DNA of 62,741 nt, filler included, from Porpidia crustulata (lineage: Eukaryota), in assembly GCA_964255105.1 (NCBI GenBank). It is 4 parts of 4 records of this genome, joined end to end, with 100 filler letters (N's around TTAATTAATTAA, not from the genome) between each part and the next. Parts side by side here need not be neighbours in the genome. Positions count along the whole stretch, not along the records: positions 15,740 to 31,361 come from CAXUWE010000293.1; positions 31,462 to 47,072 come from CAXUWE010000294.1; 2 more parts are not named here. One strand, written 5' to 3'. A program made the position numbers and the translations under genes. Below the pieces are notes generated by a model. That model saw nothing but the letters and a program-made list of their open reading frames with translations, did not search any database and was not told the DNA's origin. Below, one piece after another: positions 24,137 through 37,509 of this stretch (positions within the stretch are counted from its first letter, which is position 1; each line of letters begins with the position of its first letter).

Positions 24137-27100
24137 TTATGCATTTACCAGAGCTGCAGCCGCCCCAGCAGCCGCTAAGTCAGACTTTCCACTGCCAACC
24201 CTCTGTGCCACTCTCGGTAGAGCAGACCCAGAGACTGCAGCACCATTGGCTGCTCTCTTGGTACCGGCACTGCTCTGCACGCCGTTAATCGTCGAGTGCC
24301 TTTTCGGGGCAGCTATAGTGGGCTTAAGTGGAGAGTTGCCAGGAATATCACGGGTCCGAACAGCAGCACCATTCTTGAAGCTCGTTGCTGGGGGCTCTGG
24401 CAGCGGTCGAATGCCAGCTGGAGTAACCATTGAGTTGTAGCGCTTGACAGGGGAGCTGCTTGTGGTTGCAAGGAGGGGACGCATACTGGTAGACCGAGAC
24501 GCAGCAGGTTTCTTGCCCGAGACAAACTCATGATGAATGGCTTCGTCGGGTTTCAGACGGCGATCAGGATCCCAGCGAAGGCACCGAGAAATGAAGTCAA
24601 GGAAAGCTTCGTCTTCGCACTTGAGGACTTGCTGAAGAGATTTGGAGCTCGGGCGGCGGCGTTTGCCCTTTGACGAGACTGTCAGGCGTGGCTTACCGAG
24701 GGAGTCAAAGAAAAGTTTCTTGCGAGTCGACTGCTCAATGAGATGTTTCTCGGGGGGTCCAAAAACTTCCATTATACAAGCTAATTGTTCCTGCTCGTTT
24801 TCGCCGGGGAAGATAGGATAGCCAGTCAGAAGCTCCGCAAGGATGCAGCCCAAACTCCACATGTCAATGGGCATGCCATAAGTCATTCCAAGGATCACTT
24901 CCGGTGAGCGATAAAAGCGAGATTGGATGTAAGTGTAGACCTTCTCATGGTCAAGACAGCTTGATCCAAAGTCGATGACTTTGATTTCGGAGCGCGCTGG
25001 ATGCGCAAGTAGTATATTTTCGGGTTTCAAGTCGCAATGAATGACCTTATGCGCTTTCAATAGGACAAGACTGCTGAGGAGCTGCTTTGCGAAGCGGCGA
25101 ATCAACTTTACAGAAAACCCCCTAAAGTCGTGACACTTTATGAATTCATAGAGGTTCATGCCCAGAAGTTCAGTAGATATGCATAGATGGCTTCGGAAGT
25201 AGAAGCTCTGCGTAACGCTGACCATGCTATGCTTATTGTGAGGGTCCTAATTGAAAAAATTAATCTCACGTGAGCAAGCGAGGGACTGTGTAGTACTGAC
25301 CCAATCTCTAAGCTTTTGGAGAATTTCGACTTCCACAAGGGCTTGCTGATGAAACCTCTTCTTGTTCCTAATTATCTTGATAGCGACTAAGCCACCAGTC
25401 TTGTGGTCTACGCACCGCGCAACTTGCCCGAAGCTACCCTTGCCTAGAATATCTACAATTTCATAACGATAAGCTAGATGGTCGCCGGGGATAATTGCGT
25501 AGTCTCCACGCTCGTCGTCGTATCCATAATTCATTGCATCTGGAGTCAAATCACAAACATGCTTTTTGGCATTTTGTGTACCACAGAAATATATATCGTC
25601 ATAGTCGACAATTTCTCCTCGCTCAAAAAGATTGAGGTGTGCCATACGTAGTGCTTGCGTGGGTCCGACTCGTTCTTTGGCGGTCGCTCTTCTACGTAGG
25701 GCATCCATCTCCCTCGCAGCAATTTCAGTCTCCTTGCGTTTTGAAGCTAGCCTTTTCATTTCGTCCTCAGCCGAGAGGTCATCCCGATCAAGAGGCATAT
25801 CCATGTTCTTAGCCTCTTGTAAAAAGTCCTTCAAACCCAAGCCATTCGACGTCGAGCCGCCTTCAAGTGCAGACCTAAGTGTTCGTTTAGGTCCTAAGAC
25901 GGCCGAATAGTCTGGAGGCATTGGATTGTTTTTGGGACTGGACTCCACGTTCCAGACACTACTTCGGCTTCTATCATGATGGCTCTTAGTGTTTGACCCG
26001 GATAATTGCCTTCTTGATTGGAGGTGATTGGCATGTTGAGTATGCTGAGTGGGACTAGGGCATGGTAGGAAGGGGCCGCTCCACGTAGCTGACGCAGGTA
26101 GTTTAGGAGGAGGCATGTGATCATGTTTTGGCGGCTTTGGAGGGAGTGCTGTGTCGAATTCACCTGAAGCTTTGGAGTTGCTTCGCTTGCGCGTTAAGCT
26201 CAATTTGCGTCGCAGGTTGTTTCCGAATGACGGCGTCGCAGTGCCAGTGGGACTTGAATGTTCCAAGCTTGAAGCATCGTCCTTGATGGCTTTCGCCAAC
26301 TTCTGAGACCGCGGCCCTGTCAAGCGACTCGATCGAACCTCGGCGCTGCCATCAACACCGTTGATTTCTCCTCCCATTTCTCTGAGGTAACCGAAGTCGC
26401 CACTTGATTTTGGGAGGGACGAGGAAATGAACGGAGAACGAGTGTTACGACTTACGTCGTACGGTTGGGGCTCAACCGGAGTTGAAATACTATTACTTGG
26501 ACTGCCGGGTGCACGATACGAAGACGTTTCTGTTCTAGCGACATGATGCGAGCTGCTGCTTCGCATTTGCGCTTGTACTGGCCCAGCATCCTCATGATGA
26601 TGACTTCTTGAAAAGAAACTTGCTTTTGAGGCAGTCATCGGGGTACTAGGAGTCGCTGCATGGCCAAGTTTTGGAGGAGGTGTGATGGTACCCGAACCTG
26701 TAGCGGCTGGGGGATCATGCAGTGCTTTTATCTTCTCTGTGGTCGGTGTGCTCAAAGGAAGGAGGTTCAGAGGTGGTAGGCGCAAGGGCTGTAAAGTCCT
26801 TCTATTGTTACTCAGCTCGCCGTTAACTTTCTTTTCGGTTCCATAGCCAGCCTCTATAGTAAGGCCTCTTCGCTGCCGCGCTTCAAGGTCTGCTCTCGAA
26901 GACGCATAATTGGGTGCTTGGTAGGACTCGCCATCAGCGGTAGAAGTATTAGAGCTACTAGCATCAAAAGGCAGACTAGACTTACGATAAGCAAAAAAAG
27001 GCGCCTCGAGTTCGGCCTTTGGTGATTCATAAGCTTTAGGTATTGCAGGGACCGGAGGTACCATTTCTTCTCCATTAGCCGCGTCAACCTCACTACGGGC

Positions 27101-28858
27101 TTTTGGGGTTGGTAACCTCGATGTAGAAAAGCTTTGAGATAAGCGTGACGAGCCTACGGAGTTCAAAAAAGAGTTGTAACTCGTACTGGAAGAATTGGAA
27201 ATTCCCGAACTATAAGATTTACGATTGGGATCTGGCGTTGTCCGATTGGAAGACGGTGTCACGCTTTTCCGAGGAATCATAGACGGCGACTGAGCAGCAG
27301 AACGCGTTCCGGCAAACACCTGATCTGGTTGTGGAGTGGGTGGCGTGAATGGCATTGGCGGCGGGTTTGGCACTATTGACAGTCGTTTCATTCTTCGAGC
27401 ATCAGTAGGACTGATTGTGCGGGCGCCAAGACCAGTCGCATGTGAAGTATTCGGTAGCATAGAAAGCCTTTTGTTGGCGGATGATGGGGTGGTCGTCCTT
27501 TGACCGGTCGGCCTTGCTGGCGACCGAGCTGAGTTGAACGTAGAGGTAGCTGAGGGGGCATTTGAGGAAATCGAGAAGTATTCCCGAGTCCATCCCGCCT
27601 TTGGTTGTAGCGACGAGATCCTCGCATCATGGCTTGTTACTGGCGTCCTTAATCCTTCAGCAGTAACCCTGTCTCGAGCTCTAGACAGTCTCCTGCTTCC
27701 GGGCGGCTCGAGGGGATCTACAGAACTGTCGACTGCTATGGGATCCGCGTGCACCATGGTTTGCCTACGTCTTGTGAAGGATTGCCCACCAATGTCAGAG
27801 GGTAGTATACCAGGCCCAACAGACTTGCGTGCTGTTCGAGGTATGGTGGCGCTCGCAGCAGGAGCCGGGAATTGACTTTTACGACGAGACCTTACAGGTA
27901 CCGGAGCTACTGGTGGCCCCATAGCGTTCGATTCCCCTGAAACTTGCCCATTTACTCGAGCGCCACTGTCCTGCCGTCGTACGAAAGAGCCGCTACGGCC
28001 GTTGCGAGACCCTATATCAATCGGCTCGGTGTTCCTTGGGTTCCCACTGGTAGCAGGGCGACGGCCAATTGAATTGCTCCCGTTCGCATTGCCCATCAAG
28101 GAAACTCCACCGCCTCCTGGAGCGGGAAAAGAGTATAATTCGGTATCCTCAGTACCAAGGCTAGTCTGTAGGTCGTCAAAATTCACCGATGGTAGGAAAT
28201 CGAATGAATTAAGTGGCTTTTTTTCGTCCTGTTCGTTTTTCGGAGCATTCGAACTGAAGCTGAACCTGGACGTACTATTGATAGATGGCTGTTTGGCATG
28301 CGGATCATTCCGTGAGCCCAGAGCGTTGAACCGCTGAGAGGGGTTTGGATTAGATATATTATCGTAGGTGAACCTGGATAGATCAGCCAATCTTGAATAG
28401 AAAGTCAATATGTGTGGACAACAGGCAAAGTACGCGTACCTTTTGGATGGAGAGGGTTGAAGGCCGCTCCCAGGTGGAGCCTTCTGGTCCCTGATTGACG
28501 GCCTCCGTCGGTTGATGAGGTTTGACTGAATATCTGTAGTTGGCTTGATCGGATTATTTATCTCCGGTCGTCGCAATGTAAGATTACCATCCGCTGGGTT
28601 TTTCAGAAACCTTTTCGTTGTCCGTTGCTCCGCTGTAGTGCCCGTAAGCAAGTGGTCCTTGCCTTTTGTTCATGCAGGTACCCTTCCGAAGATACTATGC
28701 ATATTGTGGTTGAACGTACCTCCCAAGCCCAAGTCATCAACGCGAAGTAAGCCTGGGGCTCTTGACTGCGAGTGGCCTTCATTTCCACTTGCATTGGAGG
28801 CATACCCGTTTCCTATCTCTTCACTAGAAGTCATCCTTGTCGGCATTGTCATTACCAT
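24137..28858 (-). CDS. pom1: DYRK-family dual-specificity kinase, Pom1-like
   Basis: DH box YGYDDERGDY, LGKGSFGQV, HCDLKPENILL, DFGSSC, YTYIQSRFYRSPEVILG, with a long low-complexity N-terminus. Introns ~28633-28719, ~28393-28439, ~25247-25299. The start codon is approximate. Confidence 0.9.
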
Positions 28859-29524
28859 CAGATGTTCCGAAGTCGAGGATTGTGAGCTCACTGTAGTTAT
28901 AACTACAGCTTGCAAAGGGTTCAGTTGTACGCAAATTAACACGGGGTATTTGCTCGCCCAGAGACTTGCACGTCAACGACGAGGATGTTCCCCCATCTGG
29001 ACTAGCATTTCGACCGAGTCCAGCACATACACCCCGTGCAGTACCTTACCTAGTATCAATCCATGAACAGGCAAAGCCCATTTCTGTACAACACCTTTCT
29101 CCAAGTTTCAGTTCGCCTATGTGTGATTGTGTGAGTGTCTTGGTGTTTAGTTACGAATCTTCGGTTGCCATGAAAGGAGCTGTCGGCCTTTCGCATCCGT
29201 GAATCCCATTGGCGGGAATTCCCGAAGATCATCAGCAGGGGTGAACTGCACCTCAAATGCTCGACATCAAAGCTCCAGTCTTACCGCATATGTACAGTAC
29301 ATCAACCCCTTTCTCGAATTGCAACCCTGTAAACCTAGTTTCAGCTCTTAATAGATTGGGAAAGCTGTCAATTCCAGCTGTTCCGTGATCAATTCGACAT
29401 TAGCTTCTCTAAGTTTAAGTTAGGAGGGCATTAGTTCTAACATTGGGCCACCTTGCTATTCCTCAAACACGGGACGACATCGTGGAGACCAAAGCCCTGA
29501 AGCTTTTGATTCCAGTATTTTGCA

Positions 29525-31361
29525 ATGGCTGACGAGGAGGATAATAGAAAGAAAGTCGCAGCTGGGAGGAAACGCGTATGTGGCTATTCCCTCGTTCACC
29601 CCGCGAGCTCCTTTGGGCTTTTGCAACTATTCACTGCTGCGAAGCTAATCCTGTCACGCTACTTAGTATGAGCAAATGAAAAAGTTAAAAGAGAAGGGCA
29701 AAACCCCTAGCAGCGGACCGAAGAAGGAAGACCCCCAGGAGCCCAAAGAAGAGCCCACTGAGGCTTCGAGATCAGAGAAGAATGATGCTCTTGAGCAAGA
29801 GGCACAGACTGCTATACATCCTGAGGAAAAAGAAGACGTAGCGCCGAAATCACCCTCCGAGACCACTGAAACTCTTGCCCAGCCGGCCCATCATCGCCAG
29901 CCTTCCCTGAGTCTGCAATCAAAGATGCGATCATCTTCCTTCCGTCGTACTTCTATGTCGCAGAACCCTTCGTCTCCCTCAAAAAATGGTGCCAAGTCAC
30001 CAATACTTCCAATGCTTAGTCCAGATGGCGACTCGGTAACCGAAATATACCGCAAGCAAGCTGCTCGCCTGGACGAACTTGAAAGAGAAAACAAACGACT
30101 TGCGAAGGAAGCGCAGGATTCCGAAGGCCGGTGGAGGAAAACGGAAGAAGCTCTGGAAGAGCTACGGGAAGCCAGAGGAGAATTTGCTGAGCTCAAGGCT
30201 CGAGCAGGGAAGGTCGACGCCAAGAACGAAGAAATCGAGAAGCTGGTATGCGAGCCGATTTCTTTCATCCTAGGTAGTCGATCGTATGCTCACGATGGTT
30301 TGGATTTAGAAGACCGAAAAAAGTTCTCTCCAACGCCAGAACTCCCAACTACAATCTCAATCATCGAGGAACCGACATATCTCTTCGCCCAGCCAAGCTA
30401 ACATCTCCGCATCCGACCTTCAAATGCAACTCAATTCCAAGAGTTCAACAATCGAATCAATGGAAATGGAAATATCCAATCTCCGCACACAATTGGACAA
30501 AGATGCCTCGTCGTCCACTTCTCAACAACAGCAAGTCACGGCCTTGGAGGAAAAGCTTGATCGAGCGGAACGCGCAGCTGGTGCCGCCCAGCGAGAACTC
30601 GGCGATGTTAGAAAGAATCTAGATCGAGCGAGTGAAAAGGCGGTAAAAGAAGGGAGCGAACGCACTTCTGCGGAAACGAAGATCAGAAGCTTGGCGCGTG
30701 AAGCGGAGGAATCCAAGAAGAGCGCTGAAGAATCTTCAAAACGAGCCGAAACACTGGAAAGGAAATTAGCGGCTCTCACAACATTGCATAAAGAATCCGA
30801 TGGACGCCGGCAAGCAGGGGAGCGCGAACGAGACCGCTTAGAACGAGATGCCACGGAACTCAAACGGAGATTAGCACACCTCGAGAACGAAAACCTCCGT
30901 CTCAAGGAAGAGAAAGAAAGATCCAGAAAGAAAGACGCCAGCGGCATCGACGACGACGGCGTGAACGAGCTCGAGGAGGAGGAGCGCGCACGTCTCGAAA
31001 CCAAAGTCCGCGGCCTCGAAACCGAAGTTCACGACCTCCGCCGCGGCGTCTGGCGCGACCGCCGCCGCGAACTCGACGCCGACTCCGGCCCCACGTCCCC
31101 CGGCTCCAAATTCGACGACGTCGACCTCTCCGGTGGTCCCACCACCATATTCCGAAAGCAGAGCGTGTCCCGCGCCGGCCAGGGGTTCACGTCGCTGCTG
31201 AACAACGGCTTCAGCGCGTTCACGGGCGGGAACCGGAGGGACAGCTCGGCGTTCCTGGAGGATGACGGGGACGGCGGGTTCGATGAGGATGCGTTTCGGA
31301 AGGCGCAGGAGGAGGAGGCGTTGAGGAGGATTTTGAGGTTTCTAGCGGGCTTTATCGAGAA
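29525..31361 (+). CDS. Long coiled-coil (golgin-like/M-protein-repeat) protein, 3' end truncated by gap
   Basis: MADEEDNRKKVAAGRKR|YEQMKK N-terminal motif and extended heptad coiled coils (ORFs 29676..30401, 30424..31413), with introns near 29576 and 30246. Confidence 0.8.
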
Positions 31362-31461
31362 NNNNNNNNNNNNNNNNNNNNNNNNNNNNNNNNNNNNNNN
31401 NNNNNTTAATTAATTAANNNNNNNNNNNNNNNNNNNNNNNNNNNNNNNNNNNNNNNNNNNN
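31362..31461. other. Artificial contig spacer
   Basis: N44-TTAATTAATTAA-N44. Confidence 0.98.
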
Positions 31462-31811
31462 CCCTCCCTCTCCTCACCCCAATGGCAAATTTGTATGAGT
31501 CGGGTTGGGATCGCAACGATGAATAAATGGGGCTTGGAGATTGGACCACGAGGTTTTCTCAAGAACAGGGATTGCGTTTTTTATGCATCTTTTTTCGAAT
31601 AGATACTTTGCCTCGTCATTATTGTATCCTGAATATTGTGATATATAAAATAGTAACTCTCTCATCCGAAATCCTGAAGGATGTAAGACAACACACGAAT
31701 TCAAATTTCTGTATATTATTAGCTAGAGCGACGTTCTATGTTTTGAAGCTGGTGCTCGATGAGTCCAATCCCCCACATCAACCTTTATCTTCAACCTGAC
31801 GCACAGCTATA

Positions 31812-33288
31812 TTAAACTAAGAACCCATTCGAATGAAACGCGGCATCCCCCATCTTGTCCCGATGGCTGCCAGAAGCTGCCAACCGCTCTGGTTTCTCCG
31901 ATAACTCCGCTAGCTGGATGTCGTCTTCACCGTTTTGACCGGCACTACTCGCTGTCCACAATCGCTCGTCTCCTGTTTGCCCGAGTATTGTTCTACTGGT
32001 GTCGCTAGAATGTAATGACTGATCTGTCATACCACTTGGGTTGCTGGAACGAAGATGTGCAACTCTCTTTGGTGGCAAGATTCGTGGATGAACGGGTCTA
32101 CTTAGCGAAGTCATGGCACCAGACGCATTGGGCTTCAGGGCATGCTTCTCTTGCCATCTTCGAATAATTCTCCCTATAACGGGCCGAAACGCTGGTATTG
32201 AGGCGACAAAGACCCAGAGGTTGAGCTCGATCATTGCCCATAGTGCCGCGTCGGTTTCATTGACTGAATTGAACCAAATTAACACTCAGCAAAGCTTATC
32301 ACAGGATTCAAAACTCACATGTAGGATCGAATGTTGATATCTTCTGAGCTCGAATGAGACGCCAAAGTCGTATTGTTGAGATCACAGTCACACTAGCATG
32401 GAATTAATAGGTCTTCGAGGATGTGTGACGAAGTAATAGTACATACACGCTACCAACGGCAAACGTGCTGTTTATGGACAGTCTCTCTGCACGAGTTCTT
32501 TGAATATTGGAGATGAAGTAGATGGGTATGAAAATGACAATCAGATCCAAGAGAATTGTAAGAGCCTCATTTGTGGTGAAGAAGATATTGTAGTTGATAC
32601 ACTTGCCTCGCACTTTCGGATCCCAGAATCCTGAGACAGGTGCACAGCCGAAGATGCCGACAACTGTCTAGCTGATAGTCAGTAAGCTGCCGAACCAGTC
32701 GCCAGGACGCTGTTCTCACCGCAGTGAAAGCCCAAACAATGTTGAATCCCGCAGCTGCTTGCACCGGACGCTTTCCCTTTGTTCCACGGAATATTCGCCA
32801 ATACAAGGCCAAGAGGGAGAGTTTGCTGAAAGTTAGGGCAATTGGATAGATAATCGATAGGCCATAAAGTCCCTTGTTGAACTCCTCTAAATGATACAAG
32901 TTCGACTTGCTGATGTGCTGGCCAAAATAATTACGCTCCACTTCGGCAATCACCGTAAAAGTGTAGCCCCACGAGAAGACCTGATGATAAAGCTGTAAGA
33001 TACAAATCAAGGTCTTGAGATGCCAGAACGTACTGCAGCGGCCACAATCAGCTTATCGTCTGTACCAATTTTAATCTCGGCGTATTTTCGTGAAATGAAG
33101 CGGAGCACAACGGTCACAGCTGAGAGACATATGAAAGCTATACCAATCCTAGTCATCTGCGGTCCATAGTTGGCGTTGATGTTGAGGCCTGGTACTTGAG
33201 GAGTAGTGAAAGGTAGGTTCACGTCTGTATCAGGAGGATCAACTCCAGACTGTCGCCTGGATAAGGCTCCATATGCAATATCCATCAT
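31812..33288 (-). CDS. PTH11-like integral membrane receptor (fungal rhodopsin domain, no CFEM seen)
   Basis: VVLRFISRK...GTDDKLIVAA, FGQH, FSKLSLLALYWRIF, CAPVSGFWD, ILLDLIVIFIPI, LWAMIELNLWVFVASIPAFRP; about 4 introns. Confidence 0.88.
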
Positions 33289-35264
33289 GGATGAGGATGT
33301 GCAAGGGCTATCGAATATCGCAAGTCGAGAAGGAGAAGCTGGTTTGCAAGTGCGAGTGCTTGTTGATTGAGGCTTGTTTATTGAGGCGTGTTTATTGAGT
33401 ATAGACGATCAACCGATTACGAAGGTCACGGACACATGACGCAACCGAAGGCGTACATGCAGTCCATCCCTCTTTCAGGTATTTGTGTTGAGGAGAATCA
33501 TGGAGCGGCAAATTCCGGAGCGAAATATTGTCATAAATGGCAGATGCTCATTCAGGAAGGACCTTCAACATGCTCACAACGATCGACAGTACAGAGATTT
33601 CGAGCAGTATTCGGAAGACGCATGAGGATGTATCAACAATGGAATATCTCGCGGCATAGGATTGTAGAGGTCTCTGTGGAGGTAGACATTGAAGGGAAGC
33701 ACCTACCTCTTTCTTGAGTTGACTCGCTCAACCGTTGATAGCATCTGGGTGACTTGACTGAGAATTCATGGACAGGATGATACAGGGACGAAAAGGGACG
33801 AAATAGATAGATGGGCTTAATCATAATTACAAAAATCGCCAACCTACTAAAAGTCCTTGGCTAAGAATGGTCCTGATAATCCTATGATGGAAGGGAATAG
33901 ATATCAAGTTAGCACACATCAAGACCAAGACTAGTATACCACAGCCTAGGGCTTATGCATAACGTCGCCATTTCGTCCTCTTAAATCATTCTTGATCCAT
34001 GTGTGTCATCTACTCGATGGTAAACCCCTTGGTCCCGAGACGTGTCTTGTGGGAATTATGATTTTGAAGGCTTGCGCTATGATTCACAACCAGCTTTTCA
34101 GTCGAGAGCTAAGCGTATAGCCTTGATATCCAGAACTCGGGCTCTGTTACCACCAGTTCCTTCCACATGAAACATTAGGATATACACCAACCTTATCTGC
34201 CGTGAACCGGAAATGAAAACCCGCGAGGAGCATGAGCAGATCATCCGTTCAAAATCGATTCAAATTCATGAATTGTATGCGTCTTGAACACAAGAGTTTT
34301 CATTTTTCCATCCTCGTGCATATGATCATCTAAGAATGTTATAATTCTGCCTTCGGAAGCGGAGCCAACGGCGTTTGGCGAGGCGGTAATTCGTCGCGGT
34401 CAATGAGATTGCAAAGTTTAGTAAGGTTCTCAATCGTAGAAGACGACGACGAAGATAACGGAGGAAGGCAATTATGGCTGGCTATTGCTCGGCAATTCCA
34501 TTTAGATTATCCGGCCTCCATGGTGCTGTTTGCTGGAGCGGTGGGAGTTCATGATCCAGTGGTGAATATGGGTACGGTGAGTGCATTGCATTGCAAGATG
34601 ATCGAATCCCGGATTCGAAGACTTCAAGTATATTGAGCCGGCTGAGCTTCGATTTAAGATCGTTGACTCCATCGTTCGAGCTACTGGATATAAATGTGTT
34701 GTACGTTTAATAGTACAAATCGCTGTTTCGCTACTTACATTGACGTTGGCCCCAAAAAAAGACCCAGCGGCTCGAAAGGCAAGCAAGAAGATTCGGGGGA
34801 TATCAGACAAGCTGAGAGAAAGATACAGGGAAAGTTCTTATTCCGAATCGGGTCATCTAGGGGCTATGAACCTCCAACAGCATGAGGTAGGAGCCTGAGT
34901 GTTTATGCTCTGTATTTGGGCGCTGGGGATAGACGCCGATGTAATCCTCGACATACTTAGGCGATGGAGCCTCTCGTAATCTACTTCCTGGCTCTATTGC
35001 TGAGTTGCAAGTATGTGGCAAATCCTGGGCTGAAAAACTGGCGCCCGAAGCGCTCGATCTTAGGTGTCTACCACCCACCCGGTAAGTCTAGGGCTAGGGT
35101 ATCCTCGCAGCTAATTTGGAATGGCGCTAGTACCCCGCAATACGTACGAGAAGTGGAGGGCGCGGGGGTATCTAGCTAGTACCTCACTCCCCATCAATTT
35201 CCCCGTCAGCGCTTTACCATCCCCGTATATCTGACCACCCAAAGCCGCAATGGTATGATCCAGT

Positions 35265-36646
35265 ATGGCTAAACTTTGCGCACTATTCGACTATCTCCCA
35301 AGAACCTCACAATTTCCACTCCTCCGCAGGACCTTTGCCACTTCATCAAGACGGCGAGCAGGCGAGGTCCGCATAGTTGAGGTCGGTCCTCGTGACGGCC
35401 TGCAAAATGAGAAAATATCCATACCGCTCAAGACAAAAATTGAGCTGCTTCAGCGATTAGCGGGGACGGGATTGAGGGATATCGAGGCGGGAAGCTTCGT
35501 GCCGGCAAAATGGGTTCCGCAGGTAGGCCGCAAGTGTTGGGCTCAATTGTTTCGTGAATGAGTGCGATTGAGGTAGAAGTACTTGTCGTGCTTCGAGGAG
35601 ACATTGTGTGGAAGATCTGCTAACAAAGACTGCTATGCAATTAGATGGCCAATTCGGCGGAAGTTCTGAATCATCTTCTTGGACATCGTCCTTCTTCTTC
35701 ACATTCGATAGCATACAACTTTCTCGTCCCCAATCTAAAAGGTCTGCAGAGCTTTCTCCAAACAACAGATAGGATGACACCAGGAATGGGCGATACTGCA
35801 CCCGTCACATCACCACAGGGTCCTAATGCCCCGCCTACGCCACCACCGTCGCCAAAACCGCAATTTACCGAGCCGGCACCCATAACCTCGTCGCAAGATC
35901 CGAACGAGATACCGTCGGACGTATCAGGTCAAAACGATCCGGTAACGCCTGCAAATTCAGCGACCACAAAGGATTCAATGGAGATTTCGCTTTTCGCAGC
36001 GGCGACGGAGGCGTTTTCCAAAGCCAATACCAACTGCAGCATTGCGGAATCGCTTGAGCGGTGCAAACCGATAGTCGCACAGGCAAAATCCAGGAACATT
36101 CGAGTCAGAGGATACGTTTCCGTAGCGCTTGGCTGTCCTTACGAAGGGCCTGATGTCTCGCCGCATAGAGTCGCAGAGATAACAGCTACGTTACTAGAGA
36201 TGGGTGCCGATGAGGTCTCAGTGGCCGACACTACTGGGATGGGCACCGCACCCCGTACCCAGGAGCTCTTGAAAGCTCTATTCACAGCTGGCGTATCACC
36301 GAAAGATCTCGCGCTTCATTTCCACGACACCTATGGCCAGGCTTTAGTGAATGCGGTTATAGGACTTGAGCATGGAATCAGGACGTTTGATAGCAGTGTG
36401 GGCGGGTTAGGCGGATGTCCGTATTCAGTGGGTGCGACGGGAAACGTGGCGACCGAGGACTTGGTGTATTGTTTACATAGTCTTGGGGCGACGACGGGAG
36501 TAGATGTCGAGAAGATGGCGGAGATTGGCGATTGGATCTCTGGGCATTTAGGGAGAGGAAACGAGTCGAGGGCCGGGAAGGCGGTTCTAGCGAGGCGGCG
36601 AGGGCCCATATACGGGCTGGGTAATCGGGGGCACCTACGGTGTTAG
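35265..36646 (+). CDS. HMGCL: Hydroxymethylglutaryl-CoA lyase (mitochondrial), intron 35523-35644
   Basis: VRIVEVGPRDGLQNE, IEAGSFV..KWVPQ|MA, ALHFHDTYGQAL, GLGGCPYSVGATGNVATEDLVY. Confidence 0.95.
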
Positions 36647-36705
36647 GGGCCCACGATTACCCATTGGACGCGGTGGTAGTCGGTTGCGAATCGTCCCGAC
36701 GCTCC

Positions 36706-37338
36706 CTAATCTTTCCCCGTCTCCACAACGATAAATCTTCCCATCTTCCTCCCCGCCTGCTTTACCGGATCCCAGCCCTCCACTGTCCCCTCTTCACCTC
36801 TATAGCCCTTAGACCCATCCAGTCCTCTCCCCTCGTATTTTACTTTTCGTCTGATCCTCCCCCTCTTACCCACAACCTCCTCCTTCTCAAACTCCCCCCT
36901 CAACTCCTCCACGCCAATCTCCATGCCCTTCTCCCCCTCCAACGTCTCATCCCTGATTCCAGTCAACGGCTCTACGCCTTCTGTATCCACCTCTTGGATC
37001 GCCCGGACGAATTGCAGTTGCGACTCGAGATCCGCAATCATTTTTGCCTCCTCGGATTCCGACGACGGGAGTGGAAGTGCTGAAAGGCGGAGGAGGTGGT
37101 GAAGTTGCGGGGGGGTTATCGATTGAGTCGGGTATAAGGTCTGAGAGGGGGCGAAGAGAGTTTTGGTCGACCAGGTGGGAGTGGCAAGGAGGGTTCGGAA
37201 GTCGGAGGAGTCTTCGGGGATTGGGGAAGTGGAAGCGGGGGATGGTGAGTGTTTGGTAGTGTGCGAGGTCTGAATCGGGCGGCGTTGCATTGAGATGAGC
37301 GATTGACGCAAGAGAGCATATCTTCGAAGAAAATGCAT
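36706..37338 (-). CDS. GTF1: Mitochondrial Glu-tRNA(Gln) amidotransferase subunit F/C-like
   Basis: Presequence, LLATPTWS, LHHLLRLSALP, LESQLQFVRAIQEVDTEGVEPL..IRDE, C-terminal GRFIVV. Confidence 0.8.
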   Translation of the reverse strand: MHFLRRYALLRQSLISMQRRPIQTSHTTKHSPSPASTSPIPEDSSDFRTLLATPTWSTKTLFAPSQTLYPTQSITPPQLHHLLRLSALPLPSSESEEAKMIADLESQLQFVRAIQEVDTEGVEPLTGIRDETLEGEKGMEIGVEELRGEFEKEEVVGKRGRIRRKVKYEGRGLDGSKGYRGEEGTVEGWDPVKQAGRKMGRFIVVETGKD

Positions 37339-37509
37339 AGCTTAATTTTGTGCTGCAACTAGACGGTGCGTAGCATTTTCTGTGCAGAGCGTTAGAATTT
37401 AGGACACTGGAGTGGACAGCGCGCTAGTAAAATCTTTACACCGAAGTTACCCGGCTCTCGTCTGCATGAAACTTAGTATGATTTGGAGAATCAGTCTCAA
37501 TCTAGCAAG

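Noticed and set aside
34330..35000. Protein-like fragments in shifting frames between the PTH11-like gene and HMG-CoA lyase
   Set aside because: Possibly a decayed gene, but no recognisable motif supports a call.
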